Positions 26,371 to 40,800 of a stretch of 64,000 bases of DNA are shown in pieces (the stretch's first letter is position 1; every line of letters starts with the position of its first letter). This DNA is from Antedon mediterranea (taxonomy: Eukaryota > Animalia > Echinodermata). Position numbers and translations under genes: made by a program. The stretch lies in the NCBI RefSeq assembly GCF_964355755.1, contig NC_092673.1, positions 30,191,648 to 30,255,647 on the forward strand, in the 5' to 3' direction. The notes beneath the pieces were generated by a model. It saw nothing but the letters and a program-made list of their open reading frames with translations, did not search any database and was not told the DNA's origin.

Positions 26371-28196
26371 TGCCTTCTCAATCTTGCCATGCCACTGAAT
26401 CTTGCCATACGCTTGAATCTTCCCGGATACGTTATCATGTTGACGCAATACATTCATTTACTCGTGCTATCATTAGTGTGAACTGTGTAATGTGCTTTAA
26501 TTTGCTTCTTGGAAGATGTGTTACAAGATACATTGTTATTCTTGTCTCCACGTGTAACAACAATCATTCTTTTCCCTGTAGCTATAATGACGTCTTGTCC
26601 AATTCTCCCTCGGCCATAATCATAAATGCAAACAATATATTAGTGTACCGTAACACTTTTTTTTATGTTTATAATAGCCACGATCAGGTAATTTTCTGAA
26701 TAAGTAGTTCATGACACGTGATTATGGATATTATAAATTGTAATCAGACATATTGAGGAATATATCAGTTAGTAACTGTTACGACAAAGAATAAGATAAT
26801 GATGATGACGTCTTATGGTGACGTAATAACCCAATCATAAATAAAATCATAATTATGAATAATAAATTTGCATATTCTCAGGAAAAATACTGAATTACAA
26901 TGTGGTGGTATAACAAAAAAATATGTTTCTAAATTACACATTTGAGACCCTGTGAAGTGTCCCCTTAATAGAGGTGTGTCCAATAAATAAAGGTTGACCA
27001 TATGTTGAAACATAATCGACGCTCGTCATTCGTTTTCAAATCAGGTGGCCCTTTAATGGGGAGGGGTTATGTCCCCTGAATAGGGATGTCACAAAGAAGG
27101 GGTTACTGCATAATAATGTCAACTGAAACCAGTCAATAAACTGCCTGATGCTTTCAAACAAGGACGGCTAACTAAACAAGTAAACTGTATTCTTTATCAA
27201 GCATTTTACTTAAGCTGTGACATGCCCAAATATGGTGGTGATATGCCCATATATGGTAGTGGAATGACATCATCATGTCTATATTTTTGTCACATAAAGT
27301 TTGATGTAGACAGTAGACAGAGCTTATATATTAGTCAATTAGACAATCCTTGACAACAAAATGAACATACTGTATTGATAATATTAACATATGACAAAAT
27401 GACAATTAATTACGATTATGAATTTGTGAGAATTATTTCAAAAACAATACAAGGTAAATAAAAAACCATTAAAATAAATAGATAAACAAAAACAAAAATG
27501 AACACAGTTATTATTGACCATATTATATTTAATGAAATATTAGACAACTTTAAATGGACGGAATAATTACAATAGTTGAATAAGGCACCACAAATAATCT
27601 AACAATAATATTTACAATATTTAAATTAGAACTATTAACATCTTAGAGTAAATTCATTCTTAATATTTCAAAACAGTTTACATTATTACTTTATTTACAT
27701 AAAAAGAAAACAACTATGTGTTAAGATTCACAATTTAATGGATATTGAATGAATTGGTATTTTTTAAAATAACAACACTCTCAAACTTCGTGGCATAGGT
27801 TTACCGGGGACTGAACTCTAATGCTCTGATTCTAAAAATTGCACAGTCCTAGAAATTATAATTTTATGCAGGCTTTTATGTACTACTACATACAAGGAGC
27901 AGATTTTGATATTTTCATCTATGGATTATATTATGTGTTTAAAAAAATCACAATCTGCTATAGGGTCATAGGTTAAGTTATGACACTGTTATTCATTGCC
28001 TGATAATTGTAAGGAGCTTTTAATTTGCGACAACCGAAGGCCTAGGAATAAGTTAGTTCATGTCAATTAATAGTTCATAGGTCGTTGCCTGGACCAGAAA
28101 ACCATCAAAACTCTGACAAGTATACAGTGGTGAGCACTCACTGGCTAAAACCAGAGAGCCCCCGAGCCCATAGGGGCCCCTGGCATTAAAACAAGG

Positions 28197-28418
28197 CAAT
28201 TGTCGTATTCGATTGGGAACTTTCGTTGTCAACGTAAAGATTCGTTGAATACTTTTTGTATTCGAATTGTAAATTTGTGCTCAACAGAAAGTCATTCGAA
28301 TAGAAAACGTTGACAACGAAAGCTTTTTCGTTAAGAACAATCTCAACGCTCAAAATACTCCGTTAAAGAAGTACTCAACGGAAAAAATACTCAACGGTAC
28401 ACTTGAATACGACAATTG
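28197..28418. mobile_element. MITE-like element with 14-bp TIRs
   Basis: caattgtcgtattc .. gaatacgacaattg, plus an internal IR cgttgtcaacg / cgttgacaacg. Confidence 0.55.
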
Positions 28419-28738
28419 AAGTATGTTGAAAAACTAAGAAAGGTCCAAGGTCTCTACCGTTCGGGGGCCACTTATCATACCTAAAAAATCAGGGGTTTCA
28501 GGCCTCTATGTTACGCCACAACAAGGGAGCACCCACGTACCAGCTTGCCTACAATAAATTAGTACGACCTAATTTATTCCTAGGTTGTCAGCTGTCGCTA
28601 ATCAAAAGTTCTCTCTGGAGAAACAAAACATATCTTGTTATCTATTTGTGCCATGAATTAAAAACATGAAAACTTTCGTGGCTTGGGTGAATGGTGTTAA
28701 ATATTTTTTTTAGTATTATGAATATGAAGTTATTTTTT

Positions 28739-28867
28739 TTAATACAAATCTTTGACTTTTTTGACAGATTGTTCCCAACTTTCGTTCCAACGACGTTCTA
28801 TTACTAGCTGTTCCTCCCTCTGCTTTGATATCTCTGTGAGCGTTCTAGTAAATTCCTTCTGGTAGTC
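28739..28867 (-). CDS. CCDC180: CCDC180-like terminal coding exon
   Basis: cccatag|GAC TAC CAG... DYQKEFTRTLTEISKQREEQLVIERRWNESWEQSVKKVKDLY*; phase 0; TAA at 28739-28741. Confidence 0.9.
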   Translation of the reverse strand, partial: DYQKEFTRTLTEISKQREEQLVIERRWNESWEQSVKKVKDLY

Positions 28868-31800
28868 CTATGGGAAGCAAACATGGTATTAATGTCAAGT
28901 TTCAATTACATATCACTTTACTCTGCTATATGACAAAGTTACTATCTGATTAAAACTGTAATGACAATACACACTGTCAACTTCTGTAAACTAATGTTTG
29001 GAATGGTCAATACAGACTGTACATACCATCTCAAACAGAAGTTTGAAGAAGTTTACAGTATGTCAACAAAACGTCACTAAGGTGTTTATACCAATTGTGT
29101 ATGTATTTTTTTGGTTCAACATAAAAGTAATAATTTTCCAGTTAATTATATTCGGAAGCAGATGAATTTATTTAATAGTAATGTAATGAAACAGGCTAAA
29201 TATTGGTCCAAAATATGGTCTTTAAAATAAAAGTGTAAATTTGTATTGTAAGATAATAAATGATGTAATTTCTGAGACAACAAGGTGCTGTCGCAGGCAA
29301 CATGCTTTTGTACTGATTAATGGATTTAAGTGGCTATTGCTTAGTTATTTTTATTTAGTGAAATGCATTGTTATCATTATTATTCTTTATGGTTATTTTT
29401 TTATTATAACATTTATTAATAAATTAGATAGAGTCTATATTAAGGAGAAACATTCAGGACAAAAAAGTGTCCCTATAACATGGACATGTGTCTCCTAAGT
29501 AGTGGTTGGCTTTACTGTAGTGTTCAAACATATATATATCGGTGTTTCAAAAAAGGCGTTCTACTATAATATAGGTATCTTATATCAGTGGAGGAATTAT
29601 TGATAGCTTAATCATGGAGGAATTATCAATAAATGTGTGACGTGCCTAAATATCGTAGTGATACGCCCAAATATGGTAGTGACATGACATCATTATGTCC
29701 ATATAGGCACATAAAGTTTGATAGTGTAGACAGAGCTTTATACTGTATATACAGTAATTGATATTTTTAATATAGTATTCCTGTAATCAATATATTTTAC
29801 CCACAAAAGATAACTGTAGGTGTTTACAGTCTTTCAAACAGTGAAGTAAATGTAATGTTATTATATAATATAAATTTATTCTATTCACCGTCTATAAAAT
29901 AATTTTAAGTAACTGTTGGGAAATTCATCTCTATTATAATACATATTTTTTATTAGTTACAGCATGACAAATGATATCTAAAATCTATTCTTTTTGAATT
30001 TTATATTCTCAACACATATGGCAAATAATACACTAGTAAATATGCAAATAGCTATTTTTGTGTGATTAATATAATATCCAAATGCATCAAGGTATTATTG
30101 GATATATAAAATGGATATAACAGAATTATTAATACGCCATCATTTCGTTTAGTTTCAAGTTTGTGAATTTGGATGATGATTTCAAGTACGCAGCTGTTGC
30201 GGGATGTACGTTGTGTGACGTTGAAGTGTGACGCTCTGTGACTGTAACAAACTATAAGCACATGTAATGCAGATCACTAATGAAGTGAATATGAATGAAT
30301 AATATATGTATTAATGCACTGCTTTAGAAAAAAAATAATGGCACTGTAGCTTGGTGCTTGCTTACTAATTCCAAAGTACTGGGTTCAACTCCTGGCTTAC
30401 TACTAAGATTTCCTCATAAAAATAGATTTATTCATTTTGTGGATTTGTGAGTTTATAAACCATATTAATATTATTCGCTAATATTTTTGCATAAACCAAT
30501 CTAATTATATTTTTAGATTTATGGGAAAATAAATAAAGTAATTCATAACCTAATATTAAAGACACTCTAATATTTGTTATTTTAATACTAATGAATGGAT
30601 GCACAATCAAAAGGTGACGTCTAGAATTACAGGTCAAGTTAAAAGTGTTTGTTGTAATTTAAGTATAAAGTTATTAAAGAGCAATATAAATTAGTGTTTA
30701 ATTTGTAAATTCAATGAATTTAATTTAAAATCTTCATTTCTTGTTTGAAATGGAGGAAGAGGAGAACTGTCAACAACAACGAATAAAAGTATAGTTCAAA
30801 TGTCAATATGCCTAAATAGAAATGAAAAGGTATTTGTATAATTAATGTGCAAATTGAGGAAATTTGAACTAGGTCCTGCAGCGCAGTGTCTACCATGAAC
30901 AACAGAGGCTGGGATGGACCAGTACCCTGAGGTAACCCCTACTCTTCCGAAAGATGCCCTGGGTTCTAATGAAAGGTCTTTGCAAACCAACCAGTGTTTT
31001 CCAGAGTGCAATGCCATTCACATACCTACAGTATTTCAGCATTAACACTGGCTGGTATTAGAATTCATCTTTTTGCTGGTTGGCTACAACTATGTTTCAA
31101 ACATATTCTTGAAAATTATGGCTATTGTTATATAGCATTAAGGGCTTGGGTTTTATAATACATGTTAATTTAATTGTAATAGTTGAAATGAAAGTATATT
31201 TAAATTATTAGCAAAACTAGTATTAAAACAACAACAAGCAATATACATGACAATGGAAGAAAGATAAACATATCTTTGTTGATTTAAGCTCATTGGGAAA
31301 ATATCCATGTGTCAGTTATTGTCAGTCAGTCATTACATTACAACAATTAACCTGTGTGTCGTTCATGGTAGGCGCTGCACTCTGGCTGGGTCTGGGCCTA
31401 ATCTAAATGTTTAATGTGGATGATTGAAAGAATGTTAACAAAAAACAAGACACAGCCCTTGATGATGTGTATGAAAGGTAAAAAAAAAAAGAAAAATAGT
31501 ATTTGTATGAACTGTGGAAATTCTACTATTATTTAAAACTACTCTATCTACCTTAAAAGCAACGTCCCGTGTCGTGATCAGATTACGATGGCCTAGCGTT
31601 GTTTTAGCCGTGGTTATTGAAGCAGTAAGATCATCGGTATCACCTTCCTCAACAAGGTTCTTAGTAAGACCTGACCACACCTTGCTACCTCGTTGAATAA
31701 GCGGTTCATATTCATCGTCTTCTAACGCCATGTCTGCTCGTTTTCTACGTATTAACGCACTTGTTTTCAACTTTTTCTTTTCAACTCCTACAAACAAATT

Positions 31801-34800
31801 TGTCGTAAATGTGAATTTTTTTCACATAGTTCATCATATTTAATAAATCGCATCTCTCAAATTATTATTGTTTAGGCAATTATCTTTCACTTGTGTTACC
31901 ACAACGGTACCATATCAAAAATTACAAAATATGTAGGTTCCGTATTTTCAACTATGCTGGAAATTTCAAAGCAACTTACTTCCAGTAAGGATATCATCCA
32001 CAGTGAGTAACTTATCAAACAGTAACAAAACCTGCTCGGATACGGTTGCCAATTTACTTATAAAATCACTTCCCAGGTCAAATGCGCAAGTCTAATTGGA
32101 AAGGATAAAACAAAACACAATGTTGTCACCCTTTGTTACTGTTAGTTATCATCATTAAGACTTTCAGTATACGCATCATTCATATCGAAATCATTGTGAA
32201 TTATATTTAAAAAAAATATGTTGCCAAGAAGCACTAAACGACACAAAATTAGTGAAAAGTCTTTGTATTTTGGAAATTTAGTGTTAAAAATAATGTATTT
32301 AAACTAAACTACAGGATATGGATCCAGGTGTTCATTTATTTTTGAAAAACTATTAACACCATCTCTTCCCCGTTGAAAAATTCCGCCTATTAAAGTGAAA
32401 CAGTTTTGTGACAAGATATTATTCATATCATTAACAAAAAATCAGATGACCCGGTTTATAAATTGATGCTATGTTTGGCAACATAAACATATTATTTTAA
32501 GCCTCATCATCATCATTTATTCATAAATACATCATCCTCCTTCCTAATTGTTATCTTAATCACTATAATCATATCACACATTCATTAACTAATAACTGTA
32601 TTTCAGTATTGCTTCACATGATGAGCAAATTAACAAAATGACATAGCACCTAGATTCACGGTTATGAAACACAGCCATCGGCTAAACACTTTTGTTCACC
32701 TATTTCATCATTTTAATGGATTCCAAAAAAAAGCATATTTATTGGTAGATTTAAATGCTAATGGCTCTATTGCATAATTTTGGAAATTAGAAGAGCCTTA
32801 GGTTTTGACATTGACAAACACATACAATAATAATATTAGTAATTTGTTATGTTTGTGGTTTTACCATGTGTTTTAAAAAATTAGGCAAAGTGAGGTTATA
32901 AGCTCTGTCTACACTATCAAACTTTATGTGACAACCTAAAATGCGATGTGCCCATTATGGACATGATGATGTCATATCACTACCATATTTGGGCATATCA
33001 CTACCATAGGAACATTACACTTAAGCTCTGTCTACACTATCAAACATCAAAGATTTTCTCAGCATTTTGGTTGTTACTCCAGAAAATACTTGTACAGTAC
33101 CATAAACAACCGAAACACCAAAATTTCCTCAACAATACTTTATTATGTCCATTTTAAAAATACATGGTGTACCAAAAACCTAACTTTACTAGTGTTTATT
33201 CGCATGCAAACCTTTAACCAATATTGGTTTTAATATTATCATAAAGTAAGTCATTATAAAAGTTGAAAAGGCAGAGCCAGTCATCAGACCGAATCACTTT
33301 TAATTGGAATAACAACATCCAATAATTACTTGCTAGTTACAATAGTATATTGTTCTTTATTAAGTCACTCCAGATAGTAAAATTATACACAAGCGTTGAG
33401 TTACTTTTGGTATAATTGCTTGATTGACAAAAGAGGAAAAAATTGTGTTATATTACAGAAACACATTAAATTTGTCCAATAATTACACTGCACTTATAAG
33501 GAAATAAGATCTTGTTCTTACGGCGTATACTGTTATTACCATTTATAAATATATAATGTAGGTGGAATTTGTTTAAAATAATTTGATTAAAATGATGAAA
33601 TAATTTGATTAAAATGATGAAATACAGTGTTCAGCACAACAGTATTCAATATACCAGCCTTCATTACAGCAGCGTTTTTTTAGTGGTATTACAACATTTC
33701 TGCTTGTTCGCATGCATGCTTTATGAAACCCAGTGTTCGGAACAATTGGAAACAATTTGGTACTGAAAATATTTCATTTCATTAAATAAAAGTTTTGGAG
33801 TTTGAAAATAACAATCACCTGAAATGACGGACAACTCAAGTACAGACGGAAGCGTCCATAGTGGAAACTACCAATTTTTTACGGCTCCGATTTCAGCGTT
33901 CATTGCGATTGAAAATATAATTGTTGTTGTAATAATTGGCTGTACTAGACGATTATGGAAAAAACAGAATATTTTTATCGTTTCCTTGACGTTGACTGAT
34001 GTTTTGGCAAATTTGTTTTTATTTTTACATTTCACAGTAGAGCATAATTCGCTCAATGTTTTACATAGTAAGGTAAGCATCTTAACTTTATACTGTGCGC
34101 TATGCAACACATCTATATTGACCTTAGCCGCTGTGGCCGTGGACAGAGGCATCGCTATTGTTTGGGCACCATTTAACTACGATGTCATTGTGACAATTAA
34201 ACGTTGTATTATTGTGTGCATTTTGAATGGGCTCATTCCTGCTATCATTTTCATCTTAGTCGACGAAACGTATATAACAATAGTGTTTCCAATAATATAT
34301 TTTGTATCATTGAGTCTTATAACTTTTGTGTACTGTAAAATTTATTGGAGTTTGAATAGACAAAATCGACTTGTTCTCCAGCAAAATAAAAATGAGTTGG
34401 AACGTTCTAAGAAGCTTTTGAAGACGTTCTTAATTCTGATATTCGTATTTTTTATTTGCTTCTCACCGCCAGCAGTCTATTTGGCATTATATACATGTGG
34501 ATTAACAGAATACAATGGGGATTTTGCTAATGTTGGTATTATAATTGGAAATACGAATGCATTACTGAATCCTATGATTTACTGGTGGCGGCTAAAAGAT
34601 TTCCGATCTGTAGTTTCTCAATGTATTACAAGATGTAGAGGAACTTTGGAAAATACAGTACATTCAAGTAATTCAATATCGCCTGTCATGTCATCGGAAA
34701 CATAGGTGAACCAATTTTGAGGTGTGATTCATTTTAAATTGGATAATTTAGATGAACTATATCTATGGAAAACCAATTATAGGTCGCCCACTAAATCAAC

Positions 34801-37800
34801 TTGTATTGTAACATATGTACATAGGATCACTGGCTTAATTCCCATCTGTACATAAAATGCACGATGAAGAACTTTTACACTATTCAAATAGAGTAATGGG
34901 ACTCACAAATAGAACCCAACACAAATTCCTTCAGTTTCTTGAGGAGAGAATACATTTACACAAATAATAAATTACATAAAAAACACAAACTTCTTTATTG
35001 TTACTTCTTTACAGAAAAAATAAATATTATGGTACCTTTAAAGTATTTGTTTGTTTCTCCACTCCATCAATGTATTCATTGTGCCTTGTTGATTCACTCT
35101 CGCAAAGCTCTGCCAACTTGCTGGCTTGATGCGGATGACCTAATGTTGGCCGTAACAAAGTCTTGTGGTCAATCTAAAAATAGAAATAATTTCATTTTTA
35201 GAAAACAAATGTTCAACAGATAATCTGTATACATTTGTAGCGATGAATGGTTATTGTCATTAATAAATGGAATTATTACATATGTGGCAATATAAATTTA
35301 AATTTTGTCAAGAAAAGCATTCTTCAAGTGCAACACTTAAATAAAATTGATTTGTTCGTTTGTACATATCAATCAAAAATCACAACGAAAAGATAGATCT
35401 TTGGAGGCTAGATCTTATAATATACTCATAACAATCTGGATTTGGTAAGAACTAGAGCTTTAAAGAGTGGATCCAGGACAGAGGTTAATGTAATGATAAT
35501 ATTTATTCGGTCATCAATGTAAAAATAACCAGGAATGAGAATAGGCTAAAGCCCAAACAGACTCTGCACTCACTCCATACAATACAAACAGTTAAGATAA
35601 AACCATATACAAGAAAAATACAAATAAACTATACATAACATGAAATATAGTGTTTTGTTAGAGCAGCCTTAAATATTGAAATTGTTTGTGAATCTTTTAT
35701 GTCATTTGGTATTTGCTCCCATAGTCTAGGAAAGGAAACAAATATACAGAATTATGAGTACTGCCTTTCGAATTCCAACGTAAAAGCTTACCCGGACATC
35801 TTTCACTAGTTTTAATATACTCATTGAAAGAATGGGGACAGTAACCTTTCAAAATTCTGGATCCTTCCCTGAATTTTGCCCATTCGTAACCCCATTTAAA
35901 CATTGAGCTGCAGTGGCTTAAGGTGGGCAAGAGCCACGTGTGTAGGCTTCAATGATATAGTTATTTATTTGAACAACTAACCCTCTGCTTCTCCCAGCGT
36001 TGAAGAGACTTGCTGAAGGTGTTATCCAAGTCAGCTCTCTTGCCAGCAAACAGCCCTCGGTGCTCTTTAAAGACCTCTGAAATTATGAGAGCTGGTACAT
36101 TTGATGTGCTCTTCTCGGCACGTTCCAACTGGCCACGAAATTCTGAATAGGAAGAATGTAATTAATGTAAATCTTACTAAGGAAAATGCTTATGCAAAAT
36201 TACACAATATTATTATAGATTAACGCAAGGTTTTTTCCACATAAATTGTAGAAGAACTTATTGTAGATCTGCCAAATTCACTCATTTTCCTCCTCTTCAA
36301 TGCACCGCCAGCAAGTTTTGGAAATAAGTCCATTACTAATATTGTGTGACATTAGGAAAATATCTTTTCCCCCCGATTCCAAACGTTTGTTAAAATCCTA
36401 TAAATAACATTAATTTACATTTAACTCCCCTTTTTCAACAAGTACATTCAAAATATATAGCCAAAGTGATTGTTCTTTATAATAAATTGACAATGGTATC
36501 ATTAACAAGAATTGACACAATTTTATCTTGGTTAATCTACAATCAACTTCTTTTAAAGTTCACACTCAAATCAGTGAAATGGTTTTACTCGTTTGTTATC
36601 AACAAAAATACTCAAAATGAAAAATGTCATTACGATGTTATATCAATCTGAGGTAACGAAAAGGTATAAAAAGCCACAGGAGTTGAAAGTACTTTTCTTA
36701 ATAAAACCCTATTGGCTAAAATGCTACCACTGCTATACAAACATATGCACATTAACACGTAGATTAATAATCTTTGTATTATTGAAAATGAAAACAGTGA
36801 AAGTAGAGAGACCTACTTAAATGAGAATAAATAACAATTCTGGCAAACTTTATCTTGTACTTATGAACTACAGTTTATAGGCCAGAATTCAAGGACTTAC
36901 AATTATGTACTACTGTATTATTATAAAGGTAAACGAAAGATGCCGCACTACTAATAAGATATCGGGTGTACTATATAGAACTATATTATGCGTCGGATTG
37001 TTATCAACTTTAATAGGTTTTATCAGTATAAACACATTTATTTTGTTCATTTTCATCACTACATGTGACGTCTTGATTACCGTAAATATCAGATTGTTTA
37101 GGTACTTTTGAAGATTGCTTTGAAAATTTAAAATTTTAAGTTTATAGTAAACACAAACAATATTGGTTAGAAATGTTTAGGCAGGGAAGTACACCTCCCT
37201 GGGGTAGGCTTTAGACTTCAATACTGATGCAAGCCTGTGGATGTAACACTGAACATTTAGGCAGTTACAGTTAAAACTACAGAGGGACTCTAGTATTCAT
37301 AAACTTGTGTAGAATAATTTGAAGGAACTTGGAAAAGCGAATAATGAGAATACTATAATATAAAGTTCCTGCTTAACCTAAAAACATCAAACCATTTATT
37401 TTCTTCTATTTTTGTCATAAAGAAATAAGTACAGTAACATTGAATGAATAAAGGTAAAGAAAATTAGAACAGTCAAGTGACAAATTTAACACTTTTGACA
37501 GGATGTATCTTAATCAAGTTTACACACATTGTATAATTCATGTAGGATATCCTTTGTATAATTCATGTAGGATATCCTTTGTATAATTCATGTAGGATAT
37601 CCTTTGTATAATTCATGTAGGATATCCATTGTATAATTCATGTAGGATATCCTTTGTATAATTCATGTTGGTGATCCATTGTATAATTCATGTACAGTAG
37701 GATATCCTTTGTATAATTCATGTAGGATATCCATTGTATAATTCATGTAGGATATCCTTTGTATAATTCATGTTGGTGATCCATTGTATAATTCATGTAG

Positions 37801-40800
37801 GATATCCTTTGTATAATTCATGTAGGATATCCTTTGTATAATTCATAGGATATCCATTGTATAATTCATGTAGGATATCCATTGTATAATTCATGTAGGA
37901 TATCCATTGTATAATTCATGTAGGATATCCATTGTATAATTCATGTAGGATATCCATTGTATAATTCATGTAGGATATCCATTGTATAATTCATGTAGGA
38001 TATCCTTTGTATAATTCATGTAGGATATCCATTGTATAATTCATGTAGGATATCCATTGTATAATTCATGTAGGATAGCCATTGTATAATTCATGTAGGA
38101 TATCCATTGTATAATTCATGTAGGATATCCTTTGTATAATTCATGTAGGATATCCATTGTATAATTCATGTAGGATATCCTTTGTATAATTCATGTTGGT
38201 GATCCATTGTATAATTCATGTAGGATATCCTTTGTATAATTCATGTAGGATATCCTTTGTATAATTCATGTAGGATATCCTTTGTATAATTCATGTAGGA
38301 TATCCTTTGTATAATTCATGTAGGATATCCATTGTATAATTCATGTAGGATATCCTTTGTATAATTCATGTAGGATATCCTTTGTATAATTCATGTTGGT
38401 GATCCATTGTATAATTCATGTAGGATATCCATTGTATAATTCGTGTAGGATAGCCATTGTATAATTCATGTAGGATATCCATTGTATAATTCATGTAGGA
38501 TATCCTTTGTATAATTCATGTAGGATATCCATTGTATAATTCATGTAGGATATCCTTTGTATAATTCATGTTGGTGATCCATTGTATAATTCATGTAGGA
38601 TATCCTTTGTATAATTCATGTAGGATATCCTTTGTATAATTCATGTAGGATATCCTTTGTATAATTCATGTTGGTGATCCATTGTATAATTCATGTAGGA
38701 TATCCTTTGTATAATTCATGTAGGATATCCATTGTATAATTCATGTAGGATATCCATTGTATAATTCATGTAGGATATCCTTTGTATAATTCATGTAGGA
38801 TATCCTTTGTATAATTTATGTAGGATATCCATTGTATAATTCATGTAGGATATCCTTTGTATAATTCATGTAGGATATCCTTTGTATAATTCATGTTGGT
38901 GATCCATTTTATAATTCATGTAGGATATCCTTTGTATAATTCATGTAGGATATCCTTTGTATAATTCATGTAGGATATCCTTTGTATAATTCATGTTGGT
39001 GATCCATTGTATAATTCATGTAGGATATCCTTTGTATAATTCATGTAGGATATCCTTTGTATAATTCATGTACAGTAGGATCCTTTGTATAATTCATGTA
39101 GGATATCCATTGTATAATTCATGTAGGATATCCTTTGTATAATTCATGTTGGTGATCCATTGTATAATTCATGTAGGATATCCTTTGTATAATTCATGTA
39201 GGATATCCATTGTATAATTCATGTACAGTAGGATATCCTTTGTACAATTCATGTAGGATATCCATTGTATAATTCATGTAGGATATCCATTGTATAATTC
39301 ATGTACAGTAGGATATCCTTTGTACAATTCATGTAGGATATCCATTGTATAATTCATGTAGGATATCCATTGTATAATTCATGTAGGATATCCATTGTAT
39401 AATTCATGTAGGATATCCATTGTATAATTCATGTAGGATATCCTTTGTATAATTCATGTAGGATATCCATTGTATAATTCATGTACAGTAGGATATCCTT
39501 TGTACAATTCATGTAGGATATCCATTGTATAATTCATGTAGGATATCCATTGTATAATTCATGTAGGATATCCATTGTATAATTCATGTAGGATATCAAT
39601 TGTATAATTCATGTAGGATATCAATTGTATAATTCATGTAGGATATCCATTGTATAATTCATGTAGGATATCCATTGTATAATTCATGTAGGATATCCAT
39701 TGTATAATTCATGTAGGATATCCTTTGTATAATTCATGTAGGATATCCATTGTATAATTCATGTAGGATATCAATTGTATAATTCATGTAGGATATCAAT
39801 TGTATAATTCATGTAGGATATCCTTTGTATAATTCATGTAGGATATCCATTGTATAATTCATGTAGGATATCAATTGTATAATTCATGTAGGATATCAAT
39901 TGTATAATTCATGTAGGATATCCATTGTATAATTCATGTAGGATATCAATTGCATAATTCATGTAGGATATCCATTGTATAATTCATGTTGGTGATCCAT
40001 CATACAAAAGTAATACTGTCTGTATTTCGCAGAATTGTACACAAAATAATTCAAATTGATGCAACTTTAGGAAGGAAATACAATTGTACATAACAAATTG
40101 GTGCACTCAGTACTGCAGCCAGATTTTTTTATCATGTTGCATAAGTCTAGATAGTTAAAGCAGTACTAAAGTTAAAACCTTAAGTGAAGAACTTAAGGTT
40201 TTATTAGAACTGACTTAAGCTAAGTCATTGACTATAACAAAGTTAAGCTAATTATTGCAAAGTAAGTTTGACCTCTGCACTTTTAATATTTTAATCAAGC
40301 AAAAACAATTCATGAAAAATGGTTATAGTTTTTCTTACCTTGTAAACAGTGGTTGTGATAGTTATCAGCTTGCGTATAGTACGATTGTAATTTGCTAACG
40401 ATCATATCAGCGCACAACTCAAAAGTCTCATGAATCGCTTGGGGACGTGTCGGAGGACGCAAGCCCTTCTGACGATAGTACATCTGAAATGTCAAGTTTT
40501 ACAGTGTGTACTTAATCTGTACACATTTTCATATCACTTTGAACGACAATTTAAAAACTGGTATTGACTTTAACACTTAAAATGAATTGCTTTCAATGAA
40601 CTCTTGAGTAAATTATATTCTATTATAATAGGAAAGCATTACATCAAAAAAATGACATCAGCAAAAAGTAGCAAATTTAAGAATTTTGAATTAAAAAGTG
40701 ATTGTTGAAGAATAGAGGTCCTATGTTAAGCAATGGTGTTAAGTAAGAAAAACTTACATTAAAAACAATGAAAAAGAAATATGTACTATATTGTGATCAA

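Noticed and set aside
26068-26699. Cluster of six overlapping ORFs
   Set aside because: Explained by a purine-rich degenerate repeat that lacks stop codons; no domain recognised.
37528-40001. CRISPR array or iteron region (palindrome ggatatcc in the unit)
   Set aside because: Head-to-tail 25-bp units with no spacers; an intronic minisatellite.
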